DNA of 64,000 nt from NCBI RefSeq assembly GCF_001194135.2, contig NC_068985.1:40013793-40077792 (forward strand), in the 5' to 3' direction. Under the pieces are notes generated by a model. That model did no database searches. It saw only the letters and a list, made by a program, of their open reading frames with translations, and had not been told where the DNA came from. The translations under genes were made by a program, and so were the position numbers. The stretch is from Octopus bimaculoides. Lineage: Eukaryota. This document shows positions 62,505 to 64,000 of the stretch, piece after piece (within the stretch, counting starts at the first letter, position 1; every line of letters begins with the position of its first letter).

Positions 62505-63299
62505 ACAGATTTCAGCAAGATTTGAACTCAGAAAGTAATCTTAACAAAGTACTACAAAATATTTTGGCTAGAACTATACTTGTTCTGCCACTCACCACCA
62601 TATTAATAATAAGGATTTTTGATATAGACATGCAGCCTACTGAATTTCAGAATTAGCCCAAGGTGCTGTCACATTGTACAAGGAAATATGCATGAGCAGG
62701 CATGAAAGCTGGGATTTGTAAAAGAGAAGAATATGAAAGTTTTGATGTTGATGCACATCTCAAGGACATTAAAAATACAGATCAATAAAAAGGAGGATTT
62801 CACCAGGAATGAAACTGAGTTGCTGACTTAGAAGGGTATCATCATTCTATCCTACTATAGGGCACCTACAACAATAAGATGAGCATAGAGCTGTAAAATC
62901 TTTTTCTAAATCTTAAGAACCATGCAACCCATGAAAGTATAGGAGACAGAATGAGAAGAAATAGAGATATATGTTTAAAAAGAGATATTACACATTCAAT
63001 ATTAAGCATCATGCATAGCTTATAGATTTTAATACAAAAGTATTTTTAGTCTTATTCAAATGATCACTTGGCTTATTGAAATGTGGTTCAGGAGACCTGA
63101 AGAAATGATATAAGCTTGTAGCATAGCACCAACTTCATGATGTCAAGTAAATGAACAGTAAAAATCATTCCTTGGATAGAGCACCTGTCATTTGGCAATA
63201 ATAAATCTAGTACTTATTTCTCAGAGTATAATCAAGGTGACCTAAATTGTGCACATTACATTGCATTACACACACATACACATACAGAGAGAGGGGGAG

Positions 63300-63390
<91 letters not shown>

Positions 63391-63569
63391 CATGTCTATT
63401 GGTGTGTAAGGCTATAGTTGTTTTGAACTTAAGACTCTAAGATCCAGTACTCTAGTACATTGTTGAATCATTGAATCAGTCAACATGTGTGTGTGTGGAT
63501 ATACATATATATATCATCATCATCATATATATATATATATATATATACATACACACACACACACACAAG

Positions 63570-64000
63570 CAAAAATTAATAAAAACAGTTAGTTGCAGTG
63601 TTATACCATAAAGGAGAATCATAGTCATCGACTAGACAAGACTAAGGGTGTCAAGACACCTACACTGCTAGAAATAAGAACTAAAATGTGCCAATGCTGT
63701 TATAAAGCACATAACACATACTCTGATAGGGGCTGCAATTGCCCCAAACACCGAACTGAGAAATCCTTAGACTGACCAGTCAGTTATGGCTATTTCCATA
63801 GCCATCGTCAGTGAGGTCAGCTCATTTGGCAGATTCCAGGCTACTTCACCTATCAGAATATATACATTTACCATAAAAATTTACGAATGATTTAGCAGAT
63901 TGCTAATGTGTATACAAAAATTAATAAAAACAGCTAGTTGCAATGTTATGCCATGAAGGAGGATTATAGTCATCAACTAAACATGACTAAGGGTGTCACG
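63570..64000 (+). repeat. Probable ~345-bp tandem repeat running off the window edge
   Basis: caaaaattaataaaaacag...gactaagggtgtca at 63570 recurs at 63915 with about 10 mismatches in 86 bp. Confidence 0.75.

Overview
AT-rich animal genomic DNA with three assembly gaps (356-900, 11014-11438, 54392-54473). It is most likely from an octopus or another coleoid cephalopod; this is inferred from the SINE families and microsatellite load. The window holds the 3' half of one large minus-strand gene, a SORBS/CAP/vinexin-family adaptor. I reconstructed 8 coding exons (61548 down to 15347) with canonical GT-AG sites and consistent phases. They give about 416 aa: a charged helix, a conserved EEADIxARxH motif, SH3-1, SH3-2, a Pro/Ser-rich linker and SH3-3. 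A probable non-coding terminal exon (11618 to about 8340) completes a stop codon split across the intron (T|GA) and ends in a canonical poly(A) site. The introns are packed with decayed mobile DNA: several tRNA-derived SINE families; RTE, CR1-like and R4-like LINE fragments; Merlin and mariner transposase pseudogenes; and pogo-, mariner-, piggyBac- and Merlin-type MITEs. The most unusual items are a fold-back MITE with an 8-bp TSD built around inverted telomeric repeats with a G4 motif, an 84-bp Merlin transposase fragment copied into a SINE that keeps ancestral codons, fold-back hairpins at RTE 3' ends, and a degenerate hammerhead-like motif. I found no evidence for a wholly new multi-gene system. 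Most ORF-track entries are microsatellite, gap or antisense artefacts.
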